A DNA stretch of 63,019 nucleotides, filler included, from Stramenopiles sp. TOSAG23-2 (lineage: Eukaryota): NCBI GenBank assembly GCA_900128395.1. It is 8 parts of 8 records of this genome, joined end to end, with 100 filler letters (N's around TTAATTAATTAA, not from the genome) between each part and the next. Parts side by side here need not be neighbours in the genome. Positions count along the whole stretch, not along the records: positions 17,649 to 26,346 come from LT650173.1; positions 26,447 to 35,137 come from LT650174.1; 6 more parts are not named here. The stretch is one strand, 5' to 3'. A program made the translations under genes and the position numbers. The notes below the pieces were generated by a model that saw nothing but the letters and a program-made list of their open reading frames with translations, was not told the origin of the DNA and did no database searches. How positions within the stretch are numbered: position 1 is the first letter of the stretch; every line of letters starts with the position of its first letter. This document shows positions 19,230 to 30,464 of this stretch, piece by piece.

Positions 19230-19859
19230 TTATAAAAAGGAACCGGCTGGTTTTTGTTTGTTTGCATGCAAATATATTTCTGTGGTGTTTTTGCTGGCGT
19301 GTCCAAGGAATTGTGATACTTCACTGATACCAGCACCATTTGCAAAGGCATCGGATGCGACGGTATGCCTAAACATATGAGGGGTTATTTTGGATCGTCC
19401 TCCGTTGAGTTCATCGGTCATTCGTCCTTTGCAAATTTTTTGTATCCAATTTTGTCCTGTTCGTGTGGATATTGGGCATCGTGGATCTTGTCCTGGAAAG
19501 ACATAGTCTTGTTTTCTTTCACATCGAGCAAGGTGTTCCAAATAATACCTTCCACGTGTACCGATGACAACGGTCCGTGTTTTGTTGCCCTTGCCCAATG
19601 TAGTAACGGTCAACTCAGTGGTTTCCTTTGGGGGTTGGTTCTTTCGTCGTCGAAAGGCTTGACGCTTTGGGATGCTACCGGCGAATTCATTGTGCTTGGT
19701 TTCCAACACAATATCTTTGTACCGAATCTTACATACCTCGAAGAGACGGAGACCGCCAAAGTACAACAAGGCAACGAACTTCTGTTTTTTTCCAGAGGTT
19801 TCCGCCAAGATAGATTCCATCTGGTCGTCCGGGATGACGTGCACATGTGTGGTGCGCAC
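19230..19859 (-). CDS. Tyrosine recombinase/integrase, XerC/D-like catalytic domain (ATG start possibly at 19820)
   Basis: Full catalytic set: LLYFGGLR(R), GKGNK(K), PHMFRH(H-x-x-R), LGH(H), TTEIY(Y). Visibly more GC-rich than neighbouring host genes. Confidence 0.93.
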   Translation of the reverse strand: MRTTHVHVIPDDQMESILAETSGKKQKFVALLYFGGLRLFEVCKIRYKDIVLETKHNEFAGSIPKRQAFRRRKNQPPKETTELTVTTLGKGNKTRTVVIGTRGRYYLEHLARCERKQDYVFPGQDPRCPISTRTGQNWIQKICKGRMTDELNGGRSKITPHMFRHTVASDAFANGAGISEVSQFLGHASKNTTEIYLHANKQKPAGSFL

Positions 19860-20129
19860 GTGCGTGTAAAATATTGTATATATATATAAAATTTGTATTT
19901 TTTACGCACGCACCAAAAAAATTTTACATGAAAAAAAATTAAATTGTATGATATATTGTGTCAGGTTAAAATCTACACGAACTTTTGTTACGATGTACGA
20001 CGTAAAGTTTTTAATCGGTAATATTTTTTATTAATACTGGAAATATATACTTCGTAAAAAAAATAAATAATACGTTCGTCGGTGTATATATAATGTTTTT
20101 TCAAAGAAATGATTTTTAATGTTAATATA

Positions 20130-20984
20130 TTATCTCTGTTCAAAAATATCTTGCACCTTTTCAAAAGTAACAAATAATATTAAATTAAATGTACCAATAC
20201 GGGCCCAATTGAAAAAGAAGCCTTTGTACAAACTTTTAAATCCTTCCTCTTTAATAATCCTGGCAACATATTTTGGTGCACTTAGGCCTTCAGCAACCGC
20301 ACTTTCTTGCATCAATCTGGTTCCTAATACATCCATTGGCGAGCCTAAAACAGTTGCAGTGAGACCAGAACATAAACTTGATGCAATATGTGTTTTTGTA
20401 TCATCTGCCCAATTTAATCGTTTCATTATAACTTGCTTTGAATGGAAATAGGCAACTAGCTCTGAGCTACCAATGATAATATTTCGTAGCAAATTTGCAC
20501 TATAACCCGAATATAAACCACGAAAAAAACCTTCTTCCTTTGATATTTTAAGAAGTACGCGTGGATCAGCTGCAAATAGAAAAGATTGTGTATATTTCGA
20601 ATTTCTTTGGCAGCGGACTTTTATTACATCCCATGGATTTGCAAATGTTATCGAAATAGCCGAAACTGGAATAGCAGTAACACATTTTGCAAGTAATGAA
20701 CCTTGTGATAAACCTAAAACGTTTGTTACATGATTAAGTGTATCTTCATAGACACCTAACCGTATTGCATTAAAAATTCCTGCCCGTATCATTGCAACTG
20801 AAGCACCAGGCCAAAAACTATGATTTGTATTATACATTTGTTTAACAGTTTGTAATGGCGAGGTATAAACTTTACCTAATGGATCTAATTGTAATTTCAC
20901 TTTTGCAGAGTCAATTGGCAATGTTGTTAATTCTGCACATGCTGCTGATACAAAGCCACATAGATAATCTGATGCCTGTGCCAT
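20130..20984 (-). CDS. Mitochondrial carrier (SLC25), uncoupling-protein/dicarboxylate-carrier-like
   Basis: Three Px[DE]xx[KR]-type signatures: PIDSAKVKLQ, PWDVIKVRCQ, PMDVLGTRLM; also EGFKSLYKGF. Confidence 0.93.
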   Translation of the reverse strand: MAQASDYLCGFVSAACAELTTLPIDSAKVKLQLDPLGKVYTSPLQTVKQMYNTNHSFWPGASVAMIRAGIFNAIRLGVYEDTLNHVTNVLGLSQGSLLAKCVTAIPVSAISITFANPWDVIKVRCQRNSKYTQSFLFAADPRVLLKISKEEGFFRGLYSGYSANLLRNIIIGSSELVAYFHSKQVIMKRLNWADDTKTHIASSLCSGLTATVLGSPMDVLGTRLMQESAVAEGLSAPKYVARIIKEEGFKSLYKGFFFNWARIGTFNLILFVTFEKVQDIFEQR

Positions 20985-22113
20985 TGTTGTCTTATATTTG
21001 AAAATTATTTCTGATGATGATGATTTTAGAAAAAATACAAAACTATGAATGCCTTTAATATTTTCACCACCTCTCCAATATTGTATTTTGTACTGGAAAA
21101 AAAAAACAATGTCCGTGTAAAGACAGGGGGGGGGGGGAGAGATTGCCCTCTATCCCTTCTGAAAAAAGAAAAGCTCTTGTTTTACTTTTTCTCTTTCTCT
21201 CTCTCTGTATAAATGTTTCCTCATTAATTTTATACGTACTTAGCAACTTATAGGTTATATTTAATATTACTTGATGTGTGGGAAAAAAGGCAGGTTGGTG
21301 CGTCGTTGTTGGAAAAAAAAAACTCTCAATATAATAGACTATATTTAAATATGTACTATACTGTAGTCTATTGTTGTTTTTATCCTATATAATTTCATTT
21401 AATGAAAAATATCATTTGAAACATTATTCGGATATATACAAAACTAAATATATAACAATGGGAATGCTGGTAATTTATGGAATTAAAATTATAATTATAT
21501 TAATATAGTGTTTATGTGTCATCACCCAGGGATCTTAAATTGTTTTTGATATTTGATGTTGGATTTCCATCCAGATTTCGTGGAATTTTAATGTCTTACC
21601 CTATATTATTATTGTACTTAGGCGATAAATATCATCCTATAAGAAAAGTTTATGAAGGAGAATGTGGCACAGATTAGAAGATAAATACTACTTAGTCTTA
21701 TGCAGTGCTAAATATAGGTAAAAAATCAAATGTGTGCGGTAAATTTAAGGTTTTTAATCGATTTGCGTGATTTTATACATAATTTAACATATAGATAACA
21801 TTTAATATTATTTATATGCTAATCTGTGCCACATTATCCTTTCACAACTTTTCCAATAGGATATATCTTTTTTTCGTATTATAGTAGTACGAAATTAATA
21901 AATTTATATCTATGCACGTTGCCTATCGATAGTGCAAAGGAAACTGCATTTATCGAACAGGGAAACAATGATCATATAAAACTATATTTATTTTCATTTC
22001 AACTATATTTATATTCATTTTGATATATATGTATATGATTGCCAATAAATTATAATATTTTTATAACATATTTTATTTAATTTAATTTAATAATTTTTTT
22101 AATTATTTTTAAC

Positions 22114-23532
22114 ATGACATCAACAACAACATTCAAAGCAACATGTACACCTGAGGAAGTTGGATTATCGACCATTGGATTAAAAGAAGCATTTGAAAAA
22201 GCAATGGAATTAGAACATGTATTATCTGGTCAACCGTTATCTGGTGGTACAATGTTTGTTGCAAGACATGGTCAAGTATGTTTTGTAGATAGTTTTGGTA
22301 TGAAAGATGTTAGTCAACCAGAAACAAAAATGACACCTGATACATTATTTAATATAGCAAGTATGACGAAAACAATTACATCCATTGGTATAATGTTATT
22401 ATACCAAGATAAATTATTAAATCTTGATGATGATGTTGCAAAAACATTTCCATGTATGGCAAAGGAAAATTTAAAAGTTGGTAAAATAGATGGAACAACG
22501 GAGCCATGTGAACGCCCAATTACTATAAGACATTTAATGACTCATACAGCAGGATTTAGTTATGGAATGTTATTTCAAGGGGGCTTAAAAAATCATGCTA
22601 AAACGGAAGCATTTAGTTTTAAATTTGGTTATAACAAACCAGAAGATTTTGCCAATACAACACTTGCATTTCAACCTGGCACGCAATTTAGATATAGCCA
22701 AGCAACAAATTTACTTGGTTTAATCATTGAAAAAATATCTGGTATATCATTAGAAACATTTTTTCAAAAACGTATTTTCCAACCACTTGGAATGATTGAA
22801 ACATCATTTAATGTTCAATCCAATTTATCAAAATTAAGTATTGAACAATATGGTACAAATGAACGTAGTGAAAAAGTAAATGTTATAAAGGTATTTCATG
22901 AAATTGAACGTGGTTCACCAAATGTTGAAAGTTTATCGTTAACAAATTTATCAAATCTAGGGCGAAGTCCAGAATTAGGACATGGTGGTTTATTTTCATC
23001 ACCATCAGATTGGTGGAAACTATGTCAAATGTTATTAAATCGTGGATATCCAATTATGGATGTATCTACATATTCAACCATGGTAGAACCAAATACACCA
23101 GAGTTAAATGATCATGGTGGATTTATTTCACATAGAACTGATAATCCAGATACTGGTGGTCATTTCTTATTTGCAAATTTTTTTCCAGGAGGTATTGCAC
23201 ATAATTTGACTGGCGAATGTGTTATTTCTACAAATAATATCGCAGGTGCATCAATTGGTACATTTGGTTGGGAAGGGATATTTACAACGAAATATACAAT
23301 TGATGTACAGGAAGATATGTGTATATGTTTTTTCTCAAATACAGCACCATGTTGGAGATATAATTTTAAAGGTGAAATTTTACCATTGGTATATAGGAGT
23401 TTACTAGAGCCAAACGTACCACATTATGAAGCATTCACAAATGCAAAATTTGCACCAACAGATACGAAATGGACACTAGGTGATTTGATACCAAGTCAAC
23501 ATGATATTAAAAAAACTTCATCCAAGTTGTAA
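22114..23532 (+). CDS. Beta-lactamase-family serine hydrolase with peroxisomal PTS1 (SKL)
   Basis: FNIASMTK (SxxK), IRHLMTHTAG, FQPGTQFRYS, GHGGLFS, FGWEG; C-terminal SKL. Confidence 0.92.
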   Translation: MTSTTTFKATCTPEEVGLSTIGLKEAFEKAMELEHVLSGQPLSGGTMFVARHGQVCFVDSFGMKDVSQPETKMTPDTLFNIASMTKTITSIGIMLLYQDKLLNLDDDVAKTFPCMAKENLKVGKIDGTTEPCERPITIRHLMTHTAGFSYGMLFQGGLKNHAKTEAFSFKFGYNKPEDFANTTLAFQPGTQFRYSQATNLLGLIIEKISGISLETFFQKRIFQPLGMIETSFNVQSNLSKLSIEQYGTNERSEKVNVIKVFHEIERGSPNVESLSLTNLSNLGRSPELGHGGLFSSPSDWWKLCQMLLNRGYPIMDVSTYSTMVEPNTPELNDHGGFISHRTDNPDTGGHFLFANFFPGGIAHNLTGECVISTNNIAGASIGTFGWEGIFTTKYTIDVQEDMCICFFSNTAPCWRYNFKGEILPLVYRSLLEPNVPHYEAFTNAKFAPTDTKWTLGDLIPSQHDIKKTSSKL

Positions 23533-23843
23533 AATAATTACGTATCAGAGAAGAGAAAGAAGAAGAAGAAGAGAGATTATTATACACTGTGAATTTTAAA
23601 TATAAAAAAAAATGTACGCGTATTCCAGTATTCGCGTACCGAGTATTTTAATTTTTATTCCTACTCATGACAATTCCTACTCTCAAAAGAATACAGTGAC
23701 TGAGCCAAATATTAATATCTCTATCTCTCACAAGATGTGTCGATAATTTCCGTAACAGAAATTACCGAGATGAGGTAAAATAGATGTTATCAACCCTACC
23801 GTTGATATATTTTTCGGCCATATTTTTACAAGAGAACACACAC

Positions 23844-26267
23844 TCATAACTCATCGTTATCACTACTAATACCACCACCACCATCGCCAATATCACCTTT
23901 TTTTTCCTCTTCTTTCTTCATCTTCTTCTCTCTCTCTTTCTTTCGTTCTAATTTCTCCATCTCTTCTTTTCTTTTCTTCTCTTGAATCATCGTTTCATCT
24001 AAATGTATCAATATTTGTGCTAAACTTTTATCGCTTCTTAAGACATTACTATATTTTTTTAAAAATGTCATAATATGTTTTGTTTCCGTTTTTTTACGAA
24101 ACTTTTTACGTTTCTTCTTTTTCTTTTTTCTCCGCTTTTTAGGATTCAAAGTTTCATCAAATGATTTACCAGAGATTCCATCACGTACTAAATATAAATA
24201 CGAAGCGCCAAGATCATTTGGATCGACATTCGGAAATATTGTTGGATCGACATGATTTTCAGAAATATCCATAATACCAACCATAATAGTTGGTATTTTT
24301 TCTAATAATTTAGCAAATGTTGCAGCAACATTTGTTATAGCCTCAAAATTTTCATGATTTCGATGTATCATAAATAATAATGTTTCTTTTACCTTCGTTT
24401 TAACAGGATTAACAACTTCATTATCTATTGTTCTTGCAACAATTTTTCGTATATGACCAGGTATCCATTTAGATTTCGGCACGTCACCAGAAGGATGTGT
24501 TTCCTTTAATGTACCTTCAAAATATTCCTCTATAAAATCTTTCATAATTTCTGGTGTCACACTTGGAACACCATTATCATCATCGTCATCATTGTTTTCA
24601 AACAATAAATCCATATTATTATACATAGCATATTTTTTGCTATTAAACGATGCATTGGATTCAATCACGAATACTGGAAATTGATCATCAATTTCATTTA
24701 AAGATATACCAAATTCAGTGAGACGGAAAAAATCACTTTTACCAACCCAAAGAAATTTCATTTTACCTAAATACTCTTTCGCAATGGATGTAAATGTAAC
24801 AAGGTCATTTCCATGTATCTGTCCTCTATGGTCCATGCCACCAGTATCATCATCACCTAGTAATTTACCTGGATCCCGATCGATATTTTTACCTAAAAAT
24901 AACATTCCAATTGGCACAACTTGTTGTATTAATAAATCACCTCGTATACCCCAATCAAAGCGTGAAATTAATGGTGTACTATGAAGCTTTAACCAATATG
25001 TTAAATTATACATATCCGTATTACTTTTGAATTTATAGGTTAATATTTCTTGGCTAAATTTACGAAAAAACGTTATGCCATGCTTTACACCATATTTTTC
25101 ACCCAATTTTAATGCGACATTATCAATTGCCATCGCACAATTCAATGGCATAATAGATGCAGGTCGTTCACCTTGTACAATCCCATCACGAAATGAAATA
25201 CATGAATTTTTAAATTCATTTATATTTGCTTTCACTTTATCTTTCATAGGTTTATCGAAAAAACCAATAGCAGTTAATGATTTCCCTTGATATGCTTTGA
25301 CTAAATCTTTTTCTGTCTTTATCATTTGTATCGCTGGAGTTAAATACCGTACCAATTTATTTGAAATAGCTTTTGAATCATCTCCTGCAATATTAATAAT
25401 AGATGGCATGGTTTTATTATCATCTTGTCTCCAGACATACATATTACATTTTTCAGGTGAAATATCAAAACGTGATGCAAATTCAATGTTTTCCATAGCA
25501 TTCATCCATCCAAATGTCATCTCTTTCACGCTATCAAACATATTATATATATTTGAATATTCAACAGCACTTTTTAAACATGTTCTTGAGTATGGAAAAT
25601 TAATGTACAAAATAACAATATCTCGAATTAAAATTTCCTTCTTTAAAATATCTTCTGTAAATGATATTAATCTCATTTCTGTTTTTAAATCAAAATATTG
25701 AAAAAAATTCGATGTAGTTTCATCCTCGTAATCTTGCCACATTTCCCAATTTTTCGTGACTTTAAATTTATTAATATCATCATTCTCCTTCACTGGATTA
25801 ATAAATAATTGATCGAAAAAATGTTCATATTTTTTAACTAGACTACAACTATAATATTTATTATTTGCAGCTAAAGTACATTTACTATTAACTTCATCTT
25901 TAACAATAACTTCTTCTCTGAAATTTAACCTATATATAGGTTTATCATCTTCTTCCTTTTTTCCTGCTTTACATCCATATATCAATTGGAAATTTGTAAA
26001 TGCCATGTAATGTTTACATTTTTTACCAGCATCTGTATATATATTAATGTATAAAGATCTATGATCTTGCCACCATGTTATTTTATTATTTTTCAATATT
26101 TTATTGTTTTTTTTTGAATTTGTTATTGTTGTTGATTTAGCAGCATTTATAGTATTATTGAAGAAGAAGAAAAATAAAAATAATAAAATAATACAATACA
26201 TGCCAACAAGATGTAATTTTTTTTGTTTCTTCATATTGGTTCTCGTGTTTTTCTTTAGGATCATCAT
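23844..26267 (-). CDS. ER-luminal PDI/thioredoxin-fold-like protein with NDEL retention signal
   Basis: N-terminal signal/TM segment; PDI b/b'-like segments (AIGFF, FGISL...FPVFVI, FIEEYFEGTLK, MDISENHV); C-terminal NDEL. No CGHC seen. Confidence 0.75.
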   Translation of the reverse strand: MMILKKNTRTNMKKQKKLHLVGMYCIILLFLFFFFFNNTINAAKSTTITNSKKNNKILKNNKITWWQDHRSLYINIYTDAGKKCKHYMAFTNFQLIYGCKAGKKEEDDKPIYRLNFREEVIVKDEVNSKCTLAANNKYYSCSLVKKYEHFFDQLFINPVKENDDINKFKVTKNWEMWQDYEDETTSNFFQYFDLKTEMRLISFTEDILKKEILIRDIVILYINFPYSRTCLKSAVEYSNIYNMFDSVKEMTFGWMNAMENIEFASRFDISPEKCNMYVWRQDDNKTMPSIINIAGDDSKAISNKLVRYLTPAIQMIKTEKDLVKAYQGKSLTAIGFFDKPMKDKVKANINEFKNSCISFRDGIVQGERPASIMPLNCAMAIDNVALKLGEKYGVKHGITFFRKFSQEILTYKFKSNTDMYNLTYWLKLHSTPLISRFDWGIRGDLLIQQVVPIGMLFLGKNIDRDPGKLLGDDDTGGMDHRGQIHGNDLVTFTSIAKEYLGKMKFLWVGKSDFFRLTEFGISLNEIDDQFPVFVIESNASFNSKKYAMYNNMDLLFENNDDDDDNGVPSVTPEIMKDFIEEYFEGTLKETHPSGDVPKSKWIPGHIRKIVARTIDNEVVNPVKTKVKETLLFMIHRNHENFEAITNVAATFAKLLEKIPTIMVGIMDISENHVDPTIFPNVDPNDLGASYLYLVRDGISGKSFDETLNPKKRRKKKKKKRKKFRKKTETKHIMTFLKKYSNVLRSDKSLAQILIHLDETMIQEKKRKEEMEKLERKKEREKKMKKEEEKKGDIGDGGGGISSDNDEL

Positions 26268-27396
26268 GATATTATTTGTTGCTGTTCTGTATATAATATA
26301 ATATGTAACATATGCTATCGACTATATTACTACTTTCGTCTTTTATNNNNNNNNNNNNNNNNNNNNNNNNNNNNNNNNNNNNNNNNNNNNTTAATTAATT
26401 AANNNNNNNNNNNNNNNNNNNNNNNNNNNNNNNNNNNNNNNNNNNNTTGAGAAAGCTTTAAATTGGGATGTATCTGTTGAATCAGATTGTTTAATACAGA
26501 AAATTACAGATGTAAGTGAGGATGAATTCCGCGAGAATCTGAAATCTTTTGTGGTTCTGTAGCGATTTTTAATTGGCAAAATGGCAGTGTCCCTTTGATA
26601 GTCCAATTACAACCCAAAAGAATACGCAATCAGATACCGGATGTTGGGTACAGTAAAAATAATTATAATCTAAGTAGACTATCAGCTACTAATATTATAC
26701 TAGGTAATATCATAGCGAAAGAAATTGCGCTGCCTAGGTATTAAATATCATTGGTGTATTTATGTATTTATGTAATTATTATGTAATTATTATTTATATT
26801 GTTTGTTAGCAACCACAGCAGAAAGAAATAGGCTATCCATCCTCAAGATTACAACCAACTACAACCTTCTGAAATGCACTACAATAGACTGCCGTAAAGA
26901 TCAGGACTGGTAGGAGGCGATAGCATGGTATGCTTTTTAAGCTGAGCCGTGTTAATGGTGTTTGTATGAAGATTGTATGGGGACTCAATCTAGAAATAGC
27001 ATAGAAATAGTATTGAAAAAAACAATTATACAAAAAAGATATTATAACTAAGATTTATCCAAATCACTCTCGCTAAATGATACTCTCTCTGTGTTGGTCT
27101 ACAGGACAGCTCCCAGAGCTATTACCTATTGTGTTTTATAATTGTTGATAATATTATTAAAATATCTACTACCATAGTAATAATAGTTGCAATACCATTA
27201 TCTATTATTGTATAAAAAACACGGAAGAAATTGCAAAAGAAGTTAAAACCACTTTTTCTTTCACACCCTGTTTATATTTTATATTTTTTCAATTTCATCC
27301 AAATCAAGCATACATCGTATATTAATACAAGTATATAGTCGTTTCTTCTTTTCAGCCTCGCGTCTGTAATAGTCGTCCATATAACGTGAAAGAGAG

Positions 27397-28260
27397 ATGG
27401 CAAAAGGTGGTAGTGATGGTAGCAGCGGTGGCGAAGGTTTGTGCGTTTTGGTTTTGTGTGCTTTTGACTTGACAATTTGTATGCCGTGGCATATATATCG
27501 ACACTATGTTCTTCATGAAATGAACGAAGAAGGCAAACGTATCTTATTGCGAAACAATATAAAAGATAAGGAGCTTATTCAAGAGCACGGTATTGCACGA
27601 GGATTTGAATTTGGTATTGTGGGTCGTGACAACGTTACATATAAGATGGTTGTAATTGAGATTACAGAAAAGACAACGACCAACTTTTATGTAAGAGAAC
27701 TAGGTAACAAGAAACTTTACGGAGGCAAAAAGAAAGACGCTTGTTGTTGTAATGTTTCGCCAGACATTAACCCAAACGGTACCCCTAACTCGATTGTTGG
27801 TTCTTGCTGCTGTTTTTATAACGCGTGTCACGGACGCAACTATAACAGCAGCGGGGAGAGAATGCCGTACGTAAAGTATACAAATCCATATGGCAATGTT
27901 GGAGAGTTGCCCGTTTCTGGCGTTTTGGATTGGATGCGCAAAGTTGAAGAGAAAAATAAAAATATAGCGTTAGCAAACAATCTTGCAAACATTTCAAACG
28001 GTGTAGAAGCTAGTGCTCCATCTAGTACACAAATGTCACGCAACAATAATCTTGTAAAAGATAATATTGGGCTTGTTACGAAAGATATTGAGCTTGTTGC
28101 GAAAGATGCTCTCGCACCGGATTATGCTCCCGATGGTGTTGAAATACAAGGACGAACAAGTTTTTCCACTGTTGAATCGCTATATTGCCATAAATGTGGT
28201 ACAGAGAAGTTTGAACCATCGCAGCAATTTTGCCATAAATGTGGCGAAAAATTTATTTGA
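27397..28260 (+). CDS. Cys-rich protein with a C-terminal zinc ribbon
   Basis: YCHKCGT...FCHKCGEKF; CCC clusters; a short 7-aa repeat (LVKDNIG/LVTKDIE/LVAKDA). Confidence 0.8.
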   Translation: MAKGGSDGSSGGEGLCVLVLCAFDLTICMPWHIYRHYVLHEMNEEGKRILLRNNIKDKELIQEHGIARGFEFGIVGRDNVTYKMVVIEITEKTTTNFYVRELGNKKLYGGKKKDACCCNVSPDINPNGTPNSIVGSCCCFYNACHGRNYNSSGERMPYVKYTNPYGNVGELPVSGVLDWMRKVEEKNKNIALANNLANISNGVEASAPSSTQMSRNNNLVKDNIGLVTKDIELVAKDALAPDYAPDGVEIQGRTSFSTVESLYCHKCGTEKFEPSQQFCHKCGEKFI

Positions 28261-28864
28261 AGAGGGTATCGTTCCAAAATATATAATATATATATTAAAA
28301 TATATAATTTCTCTCTTATATATATTTTTTTACTTTCTATTTTCACACCCAAATGTTGTTTCACGGAAATACCAATTTTCAAATTTATTTTTTTCATCAC
28401 ATGCAGGTGATAACCAGGCATGTGGTAACCAGAAAAGTATTTTTGGCTCGTCAAATCCTCCTTTTGTTTCATCATCGTTTGTATGTCTCCGTTTCTTCTT
28501 CTTTTTTTTTCTTTTTTGTAACAACAACTGATGATGTGCATTACTTTTTTTACAACCAAAATAATTATCATGGTATTGTAAATGGACAAATCCAACTATA
28601 TGCAACTACAATATCGATAAAAGACCATATGCCCTTCCAACTTCACCTTACGAAGTATGATGGTGCTAGCAGGCAATAATTCCTAAATAGACTACCCACC
28701 CACAAGACTACAACCAACTACGAACTCGATCTTTTGCAACCATATGTACTTTTTAATTATCGTAACGTTGCTAACATACCACCAGAAATCATAGATGTTT
28801 GATATTTAGGACACTACAAACAATCATACTTAACATGCCAATATAAAGGCTATCACACCTTACA

Positions 28865-29308
28865 CTACAAGATTAATATAACACTAGGCAAAAATAAGAT
28901 CTTCTGGCAGTGCAAAAGTTGCCACAGTCGTTCGCTGAATTGATTTAAACATAAAAAAAATAGTGTAATATAAAACCAACCCATATGATTATTATCACCA
29001 AATATGCCTAATAAATTGTAATCCGTATATATGTCAAAGAAATATAATCCTACATTAATGATAGCATGACCTATGCTTATGCCACGAAACCATGATGGGT
29101 GATTTTCTTTTGTTTTTTCAACTTGTTTTTTCAAATAACTTTTTTGACGTTTTATTTTATTTTTAATACTTTTTGGTGCAACTTTGCCAATCCCAACCGT
29201 AGCACCTGCAACAACTGCACCACCAATCGTAGCAGTGGTTAACAACGTATCCCCTGTGCTTAAACCAGATTCAATATCAACGGATGTTACATACGCTGAT
29301 GATGGCAT
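28865..29308 (-). pseudogene. N-terminal part of an XK-related-like membrane protein, interrupted or truncated
   Basis: LYFFDIYTDYNLL...GWFYITLFFL resembles the first XK-family helices. Coding character is lost after about 28940. Confidence 0.45.
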
Positions 29309-29630
29309 TGTATATAATATATATGTATAAATATATATCTTTGTTTCGTGTTATATAAATAACTATAAAAATGATTCAAATGATGATTTGTTTGTTTAAT
29401 GTTTTCTTTCTTTCTTTCTTTCTCTCTCTTGTCATCATCTCTCTCTCTCTCTCTGCAAAGATAGCTGATGATGGCATTGTATATAATATATATGTATAAA
29501 TATATATCTTTGTTTCGTGTTATATAAATAACTATAAAAATGATTCAAATGATGATTTGTTTGTTTAATGTTTTCTTTCTTTCTTTCTTTCTTTCTCTCT
29601 CTTGTCATCATCTCTCTCTCTCTCTCTGCA
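29295..29630. repeat. Near-identical tandem duplication (29295-29457, 29464-29630) containing CTTT/CT microsatellites
   Basis: The copies differ by one CTTT unit. Confidence 0.88.
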
Positions 29631-30464
29631 TCGATCCACTTACAATCTACATGTTTTTCTATGACGAAATGTGCGCTTGTCTTGTCTAACGAACACTTCT
29701 AGCTGATGAGAACACTTCATTTTTGTATACTAAAATCCTCGTTAAGTACAAAATAGAAATTTACCCGGACTCAATAAGAAGGGTGTAAATTACATAGTGA
29801 TACGTCTTATTTTATGGTTGTAAAACTACCTGCCAGGCAAAAATGTTGATAGGGCAGATGAAAAGTATGTCAATTTTAATCATGAAGATGATTATTTACA
29901 AAAACAAATAAACAACTGTGTGCAACTATAACAGCTCACACGAAATTCACTGGCGTTTGATGGAAGTTGTCACACACACTGAAAATAGAATTACATTTAA
30001 TACTTCGTACGTCGTACGATATCATAAAAATATACACTACTACGACGTATCATATCATATATATAATATATATATGAGTAGCTCTTTCGTCTAACTCTGA
30101 ATCACAGACAGAGGAACAATCTTTTGAATACTAAATAATTTTTACTAAACTTTATAAATCATTTTTGATTTGAGATGTTAATGAACGGGAGTAAAAGAAA
30201 TTTATATAATGTATGAGTAAGAGAACATTTTATATATGAGTAAGAGAACATTTTATATATAATATAATATACACAAATAATAATACTGAAGTATTATTTA
30301 TCTCCTCTAAAAATAACATGTTTTTTGTGACACGTTTTTTTTTATGATATGTACATCATACGAATAAAAAAATATTTTAATATGATACGAGTATTAATAT
30401 TTACAATCACTGCACACACTTTCTCGCGCTCTTTTCTTTCTCTCCTCTTCTGGTTTCGTGTTCT

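Noticed and set aside
19365-19909. ORFs overlapping the recombinase, and the many short antisense ORFs across the window
   Set aside because: They are shadow frames of well-supported genes and carry no motifs of their own.
29295-29630. Tandem duplicate, and likewise 41918-42276, as mobile elements
   Set aside because: The copies differ mainly in micro- or minisatellite length and one pair flanks an N gap, consistent with two alleles assembled side by side.
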